This document shows positions 8,707 to 17,920 of a stretch of DNA of 26,680 bases, one piece after another (the stretch's first letter is position 1; every line of letters begins with the position of its first letter). The notes under the pieces were generated by a model, which ran no database searches, was not told the origin of the DNA, and worked only from the letters and a program-made list of their open reading frames with translations. The position numbers and the translations under genes are program-made. The DNA is from Pseudomonadota bacterium (lineage in GTDB: Bacteria; Bdellovibrionota; FAC87; UBA2466). The DNA is taken from NCBI GenBank assembly GCA_043767805.1, contig JAYUGC010000133.1, positions 1 to 26,680 of the forward strand, written 5' to 3'.

Positions 8707-11250
8707 TTACTCTTCGAAATTCGGGAAGTCTTCGAGGAGCTTCAGATAACCTTTGACCTCATTGCGCGCTTCCTCGAGGTCGGCTCCCCAATCGGCGACG
8801 GAGATCGTCGACTTACTTCCCTTGTTCACGGTCCCGAGACCGCGGTTGCCGAGCCACAAGAGGGCATTGGAATAGAGCTGAATGGACAGAGATTCCGGGA
8901 AGGAGATCCCCCCCTTAAGCGATTTGTTCTCGGCAAACGCCATCACCTTCTGGGGAAAGATTTTCGTATCCATGGTCTTCACCGAATGTTCCTTGATGAA
9001 GTCAAGGCAGGTTGCATAGGCCTCGAAAATATCCCCGCCCAGGCGCATGAAGACGGAAAGATCGTCCCAGTCCTCGAAGCGGTCCTTCAGGCGATCCAAA
9101 TCGAAATCGATGAGAGAGTCCACGGGCTCGGCCAGAAAGAAGGCGAGATTGTGTTTCATCTCTTTAATGAACGTCTCCGTGGGGCTGAAGAAGAACTCGA
9201 ACTTGAGTAAGGCGCGAAGCTCCCTCGCTTTGGCCAGAACCGCCTCGATGTGGACCATCTTGGTCCCGACGGAAGAAAGACTCGCGAAAACGGCGACGAT
9301 GGTGATGCTCGGCGAAATCAGGCAATGGATGCCGTTATTGCGATAGTAGGCGAGCAAGATCCGTTTCTTGTTCTCACAATAAAAATTGCGGGGCACCGAA
9401 GAGGAGACGTTCACCACGCCTGACTTTTGCAGCCCGCGCACGGTGCTTTCGATGGAACGGCGCAATCCCTCCCCGCGAGTCACGCTGAGAAGCTTTCCGG
9501 AAACTTCCACGTACTCCGCGAGCACGAGGCTCAGCCTCAGAAGGTCTTCGAGGGAAATGGCGTTGATGCGATGGGAAAGCAGGACGGAGGAGACCAAAGA
9601 CTTCGGCGTGACCGGAGTAACGTCGTTGATGGCTTTACTGAGCTGGAACGCCGTCTTTTGCAAGGCGAGGCTTATCTCTTCGGCGTCCGGGTTTTCCTCC
9701 CGGGAGAGCATGTCCTGGGCATAGAGCGGAGGGGCGAAGTGCAAATAGACTTTGCCAAAATTGCGCTTGGCGATCTTGCGAGAGCGAATCAAGGCGCCCG
9801 CGCTCTCTTTTTGTTTTTCGCCGCCGGCGAGCTCTTTCGTATAGCTTCCTTGCTCCGGGACCTCGTCGTAACAAATGGAGACCGGAATGAAGGCGATGTC
9901 GTCGCAGACCTTACGGAGATACGTCTCCATGATCATCTTTAGAATTCCATAGGCCGGCGCGAGCATCTTGCCCGAGCGGCTGCGAGTGCCTTCGATGAAG
10001 AACTTGATGTTGTAGCGATTGGCGAGCAGGTACTCGACGTATTTTTTGAGGGACAAGGCGTAGAGCGGATCGCCGCGGAAAGATCGGCGGATGAAGAAAG
10101 CCCCGCCCTTACGCAGTAGCCCGCCCACGGGCCAGAAAGAGAGGTTCACGCCCGCTGCGATGTGAGGCGTGATCATTTCATTGGCAAAAAGAATGTACGG
10201 CAGAAGCAGGTAATCGAGGTGGCTGCGGTGGCACGGGACGAAGACGACGGGCTTTTGCTTCATCACCTCCCGCACTTCCAGGAGCTCCTTTTCGTCGACT
10301 TGCACACCCTCGAAGACCCGGGTGAAGAGCCAGCTCAGCATGAAGGACATCACTTCGATGAAGCGATAGCTGTAGTTCGCGACAATTTCCGTGAGATCGC
10401 GATAGCAGCAGGCCATCAGCTTCTTGCGATCGACCCCCTCTTTCTCGGACATGTCCTGAATGAGCGCCTGAAGGGCCGCGTCCTTCAAGATGTTCTCTTT
10501 TACGGAGAGGGGCGTCCGATAGCGAGGCCCGAGGATCACTCGCATTTCCTGCTTGTGCAGGACCAGGATTTTTCGTCGCGCCACGCGGGCGAGCCGCATG
10601 GCCTCGCCCTCGTCGAGCAGGTCCGCGCCTTCGGCGGCGTCTTTCATCCCCAGGACGAAGGGCTCGAGCCCCCGCACGATGGAATCGGTCCGCGGGCGGG
10701 CGAGGTACCAGAACTTTCCGAGGAGGTTCGGATCGGAGTGCATGCCGAGCAGATACTCGATGGGGCGGCGAGCCGCTCCGCGCGCATGCCTTCTCCACAG
10801 AATCAAAACCGTGACGATCGAGAAGGGCTTTCCGTCCTCGCCGGTCTCCGTATAGAGCTCGCTGAGCAGCGTCTCCACTGGAGTCGGCGTCATTAGCTTC
10901 TTACGCTCCCTGGAAGGACAGAACAAAAGCCGGGGACCTTTTTCGCCCGAGAGAAAAAGATCGGTATAAGTCTTCTGGCGAAACAGAATTTGCAGGAAAT
11001 AGAGCGGCTTTGAAAAAAGAAGGATGCGTTTGCGGTTCGCGACGAGGACGGCGCCGAAACCTTGCGCCCGGCACCAGCTGGAAAGCACCAGCCATTCAAT
11101 GAAGGTGCAGCTCGGCACCGCAAAAATAAGGCGGCCCGAAGTCAGGCCCGCGCGGATCGTCTCGATCGGAAGGTCGTACTCGAATCGGACGAAAACCTTT
11201 TCCGAAACGGCCTGCCAGACCGAGTCGATCCATTCGTACAGCTTTTTCAA
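8707..11250 (-). CDS. plsB: Glycerol-3-phosphate O-acyltransferase (PlsB family)
   Basis: Catalytic HRSHLD, GAFFIRR, FFIEGTRSRSGK, IPVSICYD. Start placed at in-frame TTG 11250 because the upstream extension runs through a terminator hairpin. Confidence 0.88.
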   Translation of the reverse strand: MKKLYEWIDSVWQAVSEKVFVRFEYDLPIETIRAGLTSGRLIFAVPSCTFIEWLVLSSWCRAQGFGAVLVANRKRILLFSKPLYFLQILFRQKTYTDLFLSGEKGPRLLFCPSRERKKLMTPTPVETLLSELYTETGEDGKPFSIVTVLILWRRHARGAARRPIEYLLGMHSDPNLLGKFWYLARPRTDSIVRGLEPFVLGMKDAAEGADLLDEGEAMRLARVARRKILVLHKQEMRVILGPRYRTPLSVKENILKDAALQALIQDMSEKEGVDRKKLMACCYRDLTEIVANYSYRFIEVMSFMLSWLFTRVFEGVQVDEKELLEVREVMKQKPVVFVPCHRSHLDYLLLPYILFANEMITPHIAAGVNLSFWPVGGLLRKGGAFFIRRSFRGDPLYALSLKKYVEYLLANRYNIKFFIEGTRSRSGKMLAPAYGILKMIMETYLRKVCDDIAFIPVSICYDEVPEQGSYTKELAGGEKQKESAGALIRSRKIAKRNFGKVYLHFAPPLYAQDMLSREENPDAEEISLALQKTAFQLSKAINDVTPVTPKSLVSSVLLSHRINAISLEDLLRLSLVLAEYVEVSGKLLSVTRGEGLRRSIESTVRGLQKSGVVNVSSSVPRNFYCENKKRILLAYYRNNGIHCLISPSITIVAVFASLSSVGTKMVHIEAVLAKARELRALLKFEFFFSPTETFIKEMKHNLAFFLAEPVDSLIDFDLDRLKDRFEDWDDLSVFMRLGGDIFEAYATCLDFIKEHSVKTMDTKIFPQKVMAFAENKSLKGGISFPESLSIQLYSNALLWLGNRGLGTVNKGSKSTISVADWGADLEEARNEVKGYLKLLEDFPNFEE

Positions 11251-11322
11251 CGCTCGTTCCGCATAAGTGGCTGTTTTTCTTGAGCGACGGAACTGTAATT
11301 TCCGCTTGGGGGAATGGCAATC

Positions 11323-11354
11323 AAAAGCCCCAATCGCCCGGAGGCAATTGGGGC
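11323..11354 (-). terminator. Rho-independent terminator
   Basis: Minus strand GCCCCAATTGCC-TCCG-GGCGATTGGGGC (12-bp stem with one G-U pair) followed by TTTTG. Confidence 0.7.
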
Positions 11355-11450
11355 CCAAAAGGGAAGAAGGGACTCTTGAAAAAGTGGTGGTGCTTTAGGG
11401 CAAGAATCCCTCCCCTACCGCTCAATCAACGTACTGCGCTGCAACGCGGG
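11323..11450 (-). ncRNA. Candidate three-hairpin small RNA or structured UTR
   Basis: Minus-strand -10 TACAAT (11461-11456), then hairpins at 11418-11449 and 11368-11411 and the terminator at 11323-11354. Confidence 0.4.
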
Positions 11451-11518
11451 GTATAATTGTAGGAGGGTCCCAGCTTGTAAAGCGCAAATTCGGGGAGATA
11501 AGAGGGAAAAACGCCGAA

Positions 11519-12946
11519 TTACTTGGTGGCCTTGGCGCCGGAAGAGGTCTGCGGCAAAGCCACCGTCTCGTGGATGGCGGACTTGGGGAACTGGGTACGG
11601 AAGACGCCTTCCATGAAAGCCAGCATTTCGGTGGAAGTGAGCGTGTTCTCCTTGATGCGCTCGCGTTCCTCGCTCGCCCATTTGGCGCGCTCAGGCGTCA
11701 GGTTCGTCTCCACCACGATCCAGGTGTCGTTGGCGTACCAGAAAACGATCCGCATATTGTCCATCTTGTCCTGCTGGAGCGAGATGGGCCCTTCGTAACG
11801 TCCCACGATGCGGTACTTACCGCGCTTATCCTTTTGGATCTCGACGACCGGGCGCTTGCCGAGACTCATCTGAGCGAACTCCGTCTCGATGAAACCCAAA
11901 AGCTTTTGCACGAAGTAGAACGACGTCCGGTTGAAGATGTCGGCGATGCGCGAGTCCACGGAAGTCAGGTAGTAGCCGAAAGGATGTTTGCTTCCTTTGA
12001 ACTCACGCTCCAGGAGACGGATGCGCTCGATGGCCAGCGGCGTGTTGTTGGCTTGGCCCAGGAGCAAACGCACGTCTTGAACCAGGAGGTCACGCTTATT
12101 GGCGTCGTTGGAAATCTTGTAGGCGGCGAACATCGCCTCTTCCGCTTCGCGGTACGAAGGAGGATCGCTCAGGAAAAGCTGAGACGCTTCGAGGGGCTTA
12201 CCCACTCTCATCATGAGACGACCCGCTTCGGAAGGATTTCTCTGATTCTTGAAATATTCGACGAGACCCTCGATGGCTTCCTTGCCGGCGGCGTCTTTGG
12301 GGTCCGCTTTGATGACCTCTTGCAAGGCGGCGACGGAAACTTCCGGGTTGAGCAGGAGTTCGCTCATCGCTTTATTCACGCGAGTTTTGCGATCGTCTTG
12401 CGCGGGCAATCGGTCCACCGGAACGTGAAGCTTGGAGGTATCTTCCGAGGAAGGAAGGGGGCTGACGCCTTCCATCATCAAATAGCCGATGGCGCCCACG
12501 GCGCAGAGAGCGAAAAGGCCGACGACTTTGAGCGTTTTGCCTTGGCCGCCGCCGCCCGAGCCGAAAGTCGCTTCCGATTCGGAGAAAACGGTGGTCATGT
12601 TGCCCGACGTAAACGACGAGGCATCGATTTCCGCCCCGTGGTTCTTGGACGACCTGGCATAATCATCCGACGCCGCGTTGCTGAGCGGCTTGAAACCGGA
12701 TTCGGCGGGGGCTCCGGGAGAGTCAGGCGCTTCGATATTAGTCGCGGTGAAATCCGCGCCCGCTTCGGAAAAAACCTCGCGCAAAAACTCGACGGATTGA
12801 ATCGGTTGCCAGTCAGGCAAACCTTCAAACCAAACGAGGGCGTCGGGAGGGACGGCTCCCTTCCGAATTCGGTTTAGAACGTCCTCTTCGAGATAGGGAC
12901 CGGTTTGGTCCCCACCGATTCCTAGGAAATACTGGCGAGAGCTCAC
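11519..12946 (-). CDS. GYF_2 (DUF4339) domain single-pass membrane protein with TPR-like helical region
   Basis: N-terminal YF..GGDQTGPY...DALVWFEGLPDWQPI GYF_2 pattern, acidic linker, TM (VVGLFALCAVGAIGYLMM), helical C-terminal region. Confidence 0.82.
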   Translation of the reverse strand: MSSRQYFLGIGGDQTGPYLEEDVLNRIRKGAVPPDALVWFEGLPDWQPIQSVEFLREVFSEAGADFTATNIEAPDSPGAPAESGFKPLSNAASDDYARSSKNHGAEIDASSFTSGNMTTVFSESEATFGSGGGGQGKTLKVVGLFALCAVGAIGYLMMEGVSPLPSSEDTSKLHVPVDRLPAQDDRKTRVNKAMSELLLNPEVSVAALQEVIKADPKDAAGKEAIEGLVEYFKNQRNPSEAGRLMMRVGKPLEASQLFLSDPPSYREAEEAMFAAYKISNDANKRDLLVQDVRLLLGQANNTPLAIERIRLLEREFKGSKHPFGYYLTSVDSRIADIFNRTSFYFVQKLLGFIETEFAQMSLGKRPVVEIQKDKRGKYRIVGRYEGPISLQQDKMDNMRIVFWYANDTWIVVETNLTPERAKWASEERERIKENTLTSTEMLAFMEGVFRTQFPKSAIHETVALPQTSSGAKATK

Positions 12947-13027
12947 CTTAGTATTATATCACCTCGCGCGATGGGTCTGCTTAAGGAAAACCTAGCCTGA
13001 TTTCAATGGCTTAGATAGGCCTAAGGG

Positions 13028-14233
13028 TTAGCGCTCGTTGGGGAGCTCTTGGCCGAAAACCCGGGCGCGGGCGGTCTCGACCTGTTTGCGGCGGTACTCT
13101 TCGTGGTTGCTCTTGCCGAAGATGCTATCGGCGTACGCTTTCACGTCCATGATCTGGATCTCGTAGGAGAAAAAGACGTAGCTGTAGGGGCGGGACGGCG
13201 GTTTCGGGAAAGTGTCCTGTAGGATTTGGCTGCCGCCGTGAATATTCTCTAGCTGCTCCTTCAATTGCTTGTGCAGAAAGAAGAGCGGATCCTTCACGCG
13301 CACGAGCTCGCGGCACGTGAACTGAATGGACTGATAACTTTCGCTCGTGAAGGGATTGATGAGACTTCGGCCGAGGCGGCTATAGCCGATGCGACGTTCG
13401 AGACGTTTCACCAGCTTTTCGATATAGGGCTGGGACTCTCCCTTTTTTTGCAAATGCGTGCGAATGCGATCCACTTCGAACGAGAGCCGATCCAAGTCGA
13501 CGAGCCGATTGCGCGAGCGGCCCGGGCGAATGTTCGGCACGCTGATGATGTTCTTTTTCAGCATGAGCCGGACGGCCCGGACGGCGTCGAATTTCGTCTC
13601 GGTCACGAGGCGAAAGCCGATGCGATCGTAAATGTCCTCGACCAAGCTGTCCTTCTTGTGGAGCAGCTTGATGATCTCTCGCTCCCGGTCCTTGCGATCC
13701 TTCTTCTTGAAGAAGAGAAGCTTGATGCCGTCGCCGTCTTCCTTGCGGCCTAGGTAGAGGGCGCCATCGGCTTCGTTCACGTAGAGATAGTTGTCCAGGC
13801 GGCTGAGCACTTGGCTCTGCACCTGATCGAAATACTTCAAGCGCGGATCGTGCGCCAAATGGACGAGAACGTGCATCAGGCGGAGGATGGCGCAGGCGAA
13901 AACCTGGTCGCTATCGTCGGTGGAGTTGGACGCCAGAAGCAGGAGCCTTCTGAGATCCTTGACGCTTTCCCGCGATCGCAAGTGATCGGGAATGCGGGGA
14001 AATTTCGGATTGGCCAGCGACCGCTCGATAAAGAGGATGGCGTCGTCGAAAATGCCCCAGAGAAGCTCCATGTCTTCGGAGCTGTTGGGATCGAAACCAT
14101 AGGCGTGAATGAAGTCGGTCGCCTCTTCCATCGATTTGAGGTCGATGCTGGGAATGTCCAAAATGGAGCTACCCTGCAGAACGCCCTTGAAGAGCGGCCA
14201 AGGAAACTCGAAATTCCCGGTAGATGGAAGCAC
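13028..14233 (-). CDS. TIGR04552-family protein (RelA/SpoT-like nucleotidyltransferase fold)
   Basis: IIKLLHK, IYDRIGFRLVT, NPFTSESYQSIQFT, YEIQIMD, NHEEYRRKQ...ARARV motifs. Confidence 0.83.
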   Translation of the reverse strand: MLPSTGNFEFPWPLFKGVLQGSSILDIPSIDLKSMEEATDFIHAYGFDPNSSEDMELLWGIFDDAILFIERSLANPKFPRIPDHLRSRESVKDLRRLLLLASNSTDDSDQVFACAILRLMHVLVHLAHDPRLKYFDQVQSQVLSRLDNYLYVNEADGALYLGRKEDGDGIKLLFFKKKDRKDREREIIKLLHKKDSLVEDIYDRIGFRLVTETKFDAVRAVRLMLKKNIISVPNIRPGRSRNRLVDLDRLSFEVDRIRTHLQKKGESQPYIEKLVKRLERRIGYSRLGRSLINPFTSESYQSIQFTCRELVRVKDPLFFLHKQLKEQLENIHGGSQILQDTFPKPPSRPYSYVFFSYEIQIMDVKAYADSIFGKSNHEEYRRKQVETARARVFGQELPNER

Positions 14234-14284
14234 GCCGAGAAGATAGCATAAGGCCCCAGCCTTTGCAGCGCGTCTTACTCATGG

Positions 14285-14371
14285 GGAGAGGTGGCAGAGC
14301 GGTTGAACGCGGCGGTCTTGAAAACCGTTATACCTGAAAGGGTATCGAGGGTTCGAATCCCTCCCTCTCCG
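14285..14371 (+). tRNA. tRNA-Ser (anticodon TGA)
   Basis: Acceptor stem GGAGAGG/CCTCTCC, anticodon loop CT-TGA-AA, long variable arm, T arm GGTTCGAATCC, discriminator G; CCA not encoded. Confidence 0.97.
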
Positions 14372-14373
14372 GT

Positions 14374-14396
14374 TCCATTCGCCCGAGGCGAATGGA
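14374..14396 (+). terminator. Hairpin directly after the tRNA (probable terminator or processing stem)
   Basis: TCCATTCGCC-CGA-GGCGAATGGA 10-bp stem followed by AT-rich sequence. Confidence 0.55.
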
Positions 14397-14682
14397 CCAT
14401 TAATGATTAACGTTAAGGATTAATCCTTAACCTAAGAGCCGGCGTAGCCGGTCTGAGGTCCCAAGCGGCCGGAAAAAATTACCGAAGCCCTCACCTCAGC
14501 CCGCCACTTGAACGTATTCTCCCAGTCCTCGCCCAAGCCATTAAAGACCGCCAAAAACAAACCCGAATCGATCGATCGCCCCACGCACAAAACCCCCGGC
14601 CGCCCTTTGCAAGAATTGTCCCCCATGGGGAAGGCCAGGGCGCGGGAGCGTGCCTTCGACGACACCTCTGCCCAGTTCAACG

Positions 14683-14703
14683 AGATCCTTCGCTTCGCTC
14701 AGG
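14683..14703. repeat. Probable single arm of a REP-like dispersed repeat
   Basis: AGATCCTTCGCTTCGCTCAGG resembles, from recall, the widespread repeat arm AGATCCTTCGCTTCGCTCAGGATGAC; only one copy in this window. Confidence 0.4.
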
Positions 14704-14705
14704 CT

Positions 14706-14736
14706 AAATTCTGTCGCGTTAAACGCGGCAGAATTT
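14706..14736 (-). terminator. Long hairpin at the MMPL stop codon
   Basis: AAATTCTGTCGCGTT-A-AACGCGGCAGAATTT inverted repeat. Confidence 0.6.
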
Positions 14737-17125
14737 AGCTAGCCGCTCCCTTGGCTGAGTCCGCGAGTGAAGGTTCGCCGTCGGAAAACCCAGCTACCTT
14801 CGGCACGGCTTTCTGCGAGAACTTCTCCATGAACGCCGGAAGAATAAAAAGGCCGACCCACCAAATCGCAAGGGTTCCCAGAAGAGCGATCCATCCCAGA
14901 CTTCTCAAAACGCCGGCCCGGGCAAATACCAGGACGCCGAAGCCGACCGCGGCGGTGAGCAGCGCGAGGTTAATGCTCGGCGCAAGATCCCGCGCCGCCT
15001 TGTAACCCGAGCCAGTCTCGCGGCTACGGTGCACGATGTGAATCGGCACGTCGATGCCCATGGCGACGAAAGTCGGAATGATCGAAATATTGAAGATGTT
15101 GAACTTCATTCCGAGAAGCCACATGAGACCCATGCCCACCGGGAGAGAAATGAGAAGCGGCACGTAGCTTAAGAGCGTGTCGTCCCACTTTCTCACGTTC
15201 GCCCAGATGAAGACGCCAACCGAGAGGAAAATGACGACGAGAATGATGAACCCGTCTCCATCGATGAGATTCAGGATGTCCGCGAACACCACGGCGTCGG
15301 AACCGGTGAGTAAATGCGGGAATTTTCGTTCCACGTCCTCGATCATGGCCGCGTACCTTCTCACGCCCGTCGCATTGCTGAGGGAAATCGCGGGAAAGAG
15401 GTAAAGCAGGTAACCGGACTGCTTGGTTCCCCGGAGCGAGTCTTGAGTATGCGCGGGCAAGTCGACGAACGTGAAGGGCTTGGCCTTTACCCAGCCGCGT
15501 ACCACTTCCCCGGGAATCCCCAAGGAGTCCTGGATCCATTGGTCCTTTAGAGGCGCAATGTCCTCGCTAATTTTTGCGAGGATCTTTTCCTTCTCCGTCT
15601 GGTCTTCGGGAACGATGCTCGCGCCACTGATCAGCTCATTGATGAGCATAGGCATGTAGTTTGCCCTGAGCATCTTCTCGACCGCCAAGGCCTCTTCTTT
15701 GGTTGGAGCAGACAGCGCGGAAGGCGTATTGGATCTTTCGTAAATCGAGTCGACGAGCGTACTCAGCTTCTCCATCTTCTCGGAGTGCTGGAGCATCTTG
15801 TCGAAGTCGTACTCGAACTCGACTTTCAACGAGATGAGGATGAGAGCCGCCGTGAGAGCCGCCCCGATCATGAAGCCTTTGGGAAGGGAAAGTAAGGGCA
15901 GCTTCCACGCCAAGTTGACGAGCTTTTTCTTTCTCGGCGCCACATCCAGTTTGAAAAGCCGGGCCAAGGTCGAGAAGGAAACCAATAAGCAGACCAGCAC
16001 CGATACGATACCGATCCCGCAAATGAAACCGAACTCGGAGAACGCGCGGAACGAGCTAAAGCAGAGCAGGAAAAAAGAGACGGCCGCGGCGACCGCTCCC
16101 ACGAATACGGAATGGCCGCTGCTGGAAAGCGTTCTCCAAACGGGATCGGGGTCCGAGCTCGAAGGCTCGTCCTTTTCGAGGCGCAGGCGTAAAAGTAGAT
16201 GAATGCCGTAATCCACGCCGAGACCCGAGACGATTCCCATCAGGAACCCGGTGATGATGTTGATGTGGCCGATGGCCAGGCGGGTGACGCCGACCGTGAT
16301 TCCCATTCCGAGAAGCACCGGGATGAAAATGATGAGCAGCGCGCGGAAGCTTCTCAAATAGAGAAAGATGAGCCCCGCGATGAGCAGGATGGACAAAGTA
16401 CCGAGCACGAAAATGTCCGTCTGGATCATCTTGCTCTCGACGACTTTCGTGTAATAGCGCTCGCCGAACTCGTAGGTCACGCTCGGGGGCAATATCTCTT
16501 TGGTGAGCTTTTCGGAAAGGTCGATCAACTCGCCCGTCTTGCCGAGATCCATGGAGTCGAAGCTCGGCTTCACCATGACCAGCAGGTCTTTTTTGTCCTT
16601 CGAAATGAGGTAGGGGGAAATGCCGGCGGACTTCAGCGCGTGCTTTTTCAGCTCGCCGTCGAAAATGGATTTTTCCTCGGGCTTTTTGTCCTTTTCCTCG
16701 TCCCAGAGCCCGAGATCGAGCGCCTTGCGCCGGGCGTTCTTGATCTCATTCCCGATGTTTGCCTGGAGCTCCTGGAGCTTCGGCAATTCGACATAATAAA
16801 GAAGACGATCGGTGAAAAATTTCTGCTCGCGCTCGTAGAAAGCGCTTCGGACCAGCGGCGTTTTCTTCAAGCCCTCGACCAAGGCAGGGGCCGCCTTCAG
16901 GTGAGACTCGCCGTCCTCGGCATGGAGGATGATCGTGAAGTACCCGACTCCGCCGACCACTTCGGTGAGCTTATCGAACTTGACCACCGCCGGATGATTT
17001 TTCGGCAGGAGATCGGTCAGCGATAGTTTCAGCTGAATCCCGGCACCGAGGTAGTAACCCACGGCCGACAGAACCACGAGAACCGCCGTAAGGGCGGGAG
17101 ACCAACGGATGACTAGTTTTTTCAT
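14735..17125 (-). CDS. MMPL/RND family transporter
   Basis: Two repeats of TM + periplasmic domain + 5 TMs; conserved GLGVDYGIH and AMGIDVPIH motifs. Confidence 0.9.
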   Translation of the reverse strand: MKKLVIRWSPALTAVLVVLSAVGYYLGAGIQLKLSLTDLLPKNHPAVVKFDKLTEVVGGVGYFTIILHAEDGESHLKAAPALVEGLKKTPLVRSAFYEREQKFFTDRLLYYVELPKLQELQANIGNEIKNARRKALDLGLWDEEKDKKPEEKSIFDGELKKHALKSAGISPYLISKDKKDLLVMVKPSFDSMDLGKTGELIDLSEKLTKEILPPSVTYEFGERYYTKVVESKMIQTDIFVLGTLSILLIAGLIFLYLRSFRALLIIFIPVLLGMGITVGVTRLAIGHINIITGFLMGIVSGLGVDYGIHLLLRLRLEKDEPSSSDPDPVWRTLSSSGHSVFVGAVAAAVSFFLLCFSSFRAFSEFGFICGIGIVSVLVCLLVSFSTLARLFKLDVAPRKKKLVNLAWKLPLLSLPKGFMIGAALTAALILISLKVEFEYDFDKMLQHSEKMEKLSTLVDSIYERSNTPSALSAPTKEEALAVEKMLRANYMPMLINELISGASIVPEDQTEKEKILAKISEDIAPLKDQWIQDSLGIPGEVVRGWVKAKPFTFVDLPAHTQDSLRGTKQSGYLLYLFPAISLSNATGVRRYAAMIEDVERKFPHLLTGSDAVVFADILNLIDGDGFIILVVIFLSVGVFIWANVRKWDDTLLSYVPLLISLPVGMGLMWLLGMKFNIFNISIIPTFVAMGIDVPIHIVHRSRETGSGYKAARDLAPSINLALLTAAVGFGVLVFARAGVLRSLGWIALLGTLAIWWVGLFILPAFMEKFSQKAVPKVAGFSDGEPSLADSAKGAAS

Positions 17126-17231
17126 GGAATTACCGGATTTGGGGGCGCGGTTCGAGCGCAGAAAGACGCGCTCTCTCTATTTTATAGGAACTTTCGAAAA
17201 GTAGGTAATGGAGGAGCGGTGTAACGCAGAC

Positions 17232-17266
17232 AAAAAAACGCCGGCCTCCCCGAGGGGAAGCCGGCG
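17232..17266 (-). terminator. Rho-independent terminator of the DUF4189 gene
   Basis: Minus strand CGCCGGCTTCCCCTCGGGGAGGCCGGCG followed by T7. Confidence 0.85.
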
Positions 17267-17294
17267 GCAAGGAGCACGGGTTTTTACTTCGGGA

Positions 17295-17711
17295 TTAAGG
17301 GGTATCAAAGGAGCAAGAGGCTTGTTTCAGTTGACAGTCTGTTCCCCCATTTTGTGCGCAGTAGCTACGCGCTTTCTGATGGGCCGCGTTGATTCCTTTC
17401 ATGAGCTCGCCAGCCGTAGTGGAACCCCAATCGGCGCCCCACGCTCCGTTTGAGGCAACCGACAACGCACCGCACGCGTTGTAGTACCAGACGACGACCC
17501 GGCAATTTCTGCCGCCCGCAAGCACCGCGCAATTTCCCATGGCCGTTTGTTCGGCGGCTTCCTGGTTCACGGTTTTTTGGGCAATGCCGATCGCGCCATC
17601 TGTCGGCGAGTAGGCAATGGCGCCGTAAGGTTGGGGCACGTTGGCGAAAGCCGAAGTGGCGATACTGACGAAAAGTCCGGCGAAGAGAGCTTTGATTTTA
17701 AGATTTTTCAT
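17295..17711 (-). CDS. Secreted DUF4189 domain protein
   Basis: Signal peptide, YGAIAYS motif, six Cys in the duplicated A..C...C pattern; RBS AGGAGG. Confidence 0.85.
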   Translation of the reverse strand: MKNLKIKALFAGLFVSIATSAFANVPQPYGAIAYSPTDGAIGIAQKTVNQEAAEQTAMGNCAVLAGGRNCRVVVWYYNACGALSVASNGAWGADWGSTTAGELMKGINAAHQKARSYCAQNGGTDCQLKQASCSFDTP

Positions 17712-17880
17712 GACGAGCGATCCTCCTGTCTGGCACGCGGGTTCCGGCGAGAAATCAGCTCACGGTGCCTCGGTTTTTCACAGCCGACTAGATTTTGAGG
17801 GAATCGCAATCGTGCGCTGGAAAACCAGCAGCAAAAGCTCATTGTTTTTGAGGAGATGGAATTGGCCTTCCGCGCTAAAA

Positions 17881-17896
17881 GGGCTCACGAATTGCA
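17881..17896 (+). promoter_or_regulatory. Candidate sigma54 (-24/-12) promoter for the protease gene
   Basis: GGGCTCACGAATTGCA with GG-N10-GC spacing and TTGCA at -12; predicted start about 17907, just before the RBS and TTG 17921. Confidence 0.45.
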
Positions 17897-17920
17897 CTAT
17901 TGGGCACCGAGGATGGGGAC

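Noticed and set aside
11251..11358. N-terminal extension of plsB in the ORF track
   Set aside because: Begins inside a terminator hairpin and reads as non-protein-like.
11570..12877. 435-aa plus-strand ORF and similar long antisense ORFs (310-1047, 10162-10896, 16199-17026, 20915-21631)
   Set aside because: Antisense shadows of well-supported genes in GC-rich DNA; no motifs.
14251..14267. sigma54-like motif upstream of tRNA-Ser
   Set aside because: Spacing is GG-N11-GC rather than the strict N10.
14432..14738. Short ORFs on both strands between the tRNA and MMPL gene
   Set aside because: No motifs; they run into or abut hairpin and repeat elements and are probably non-coding.
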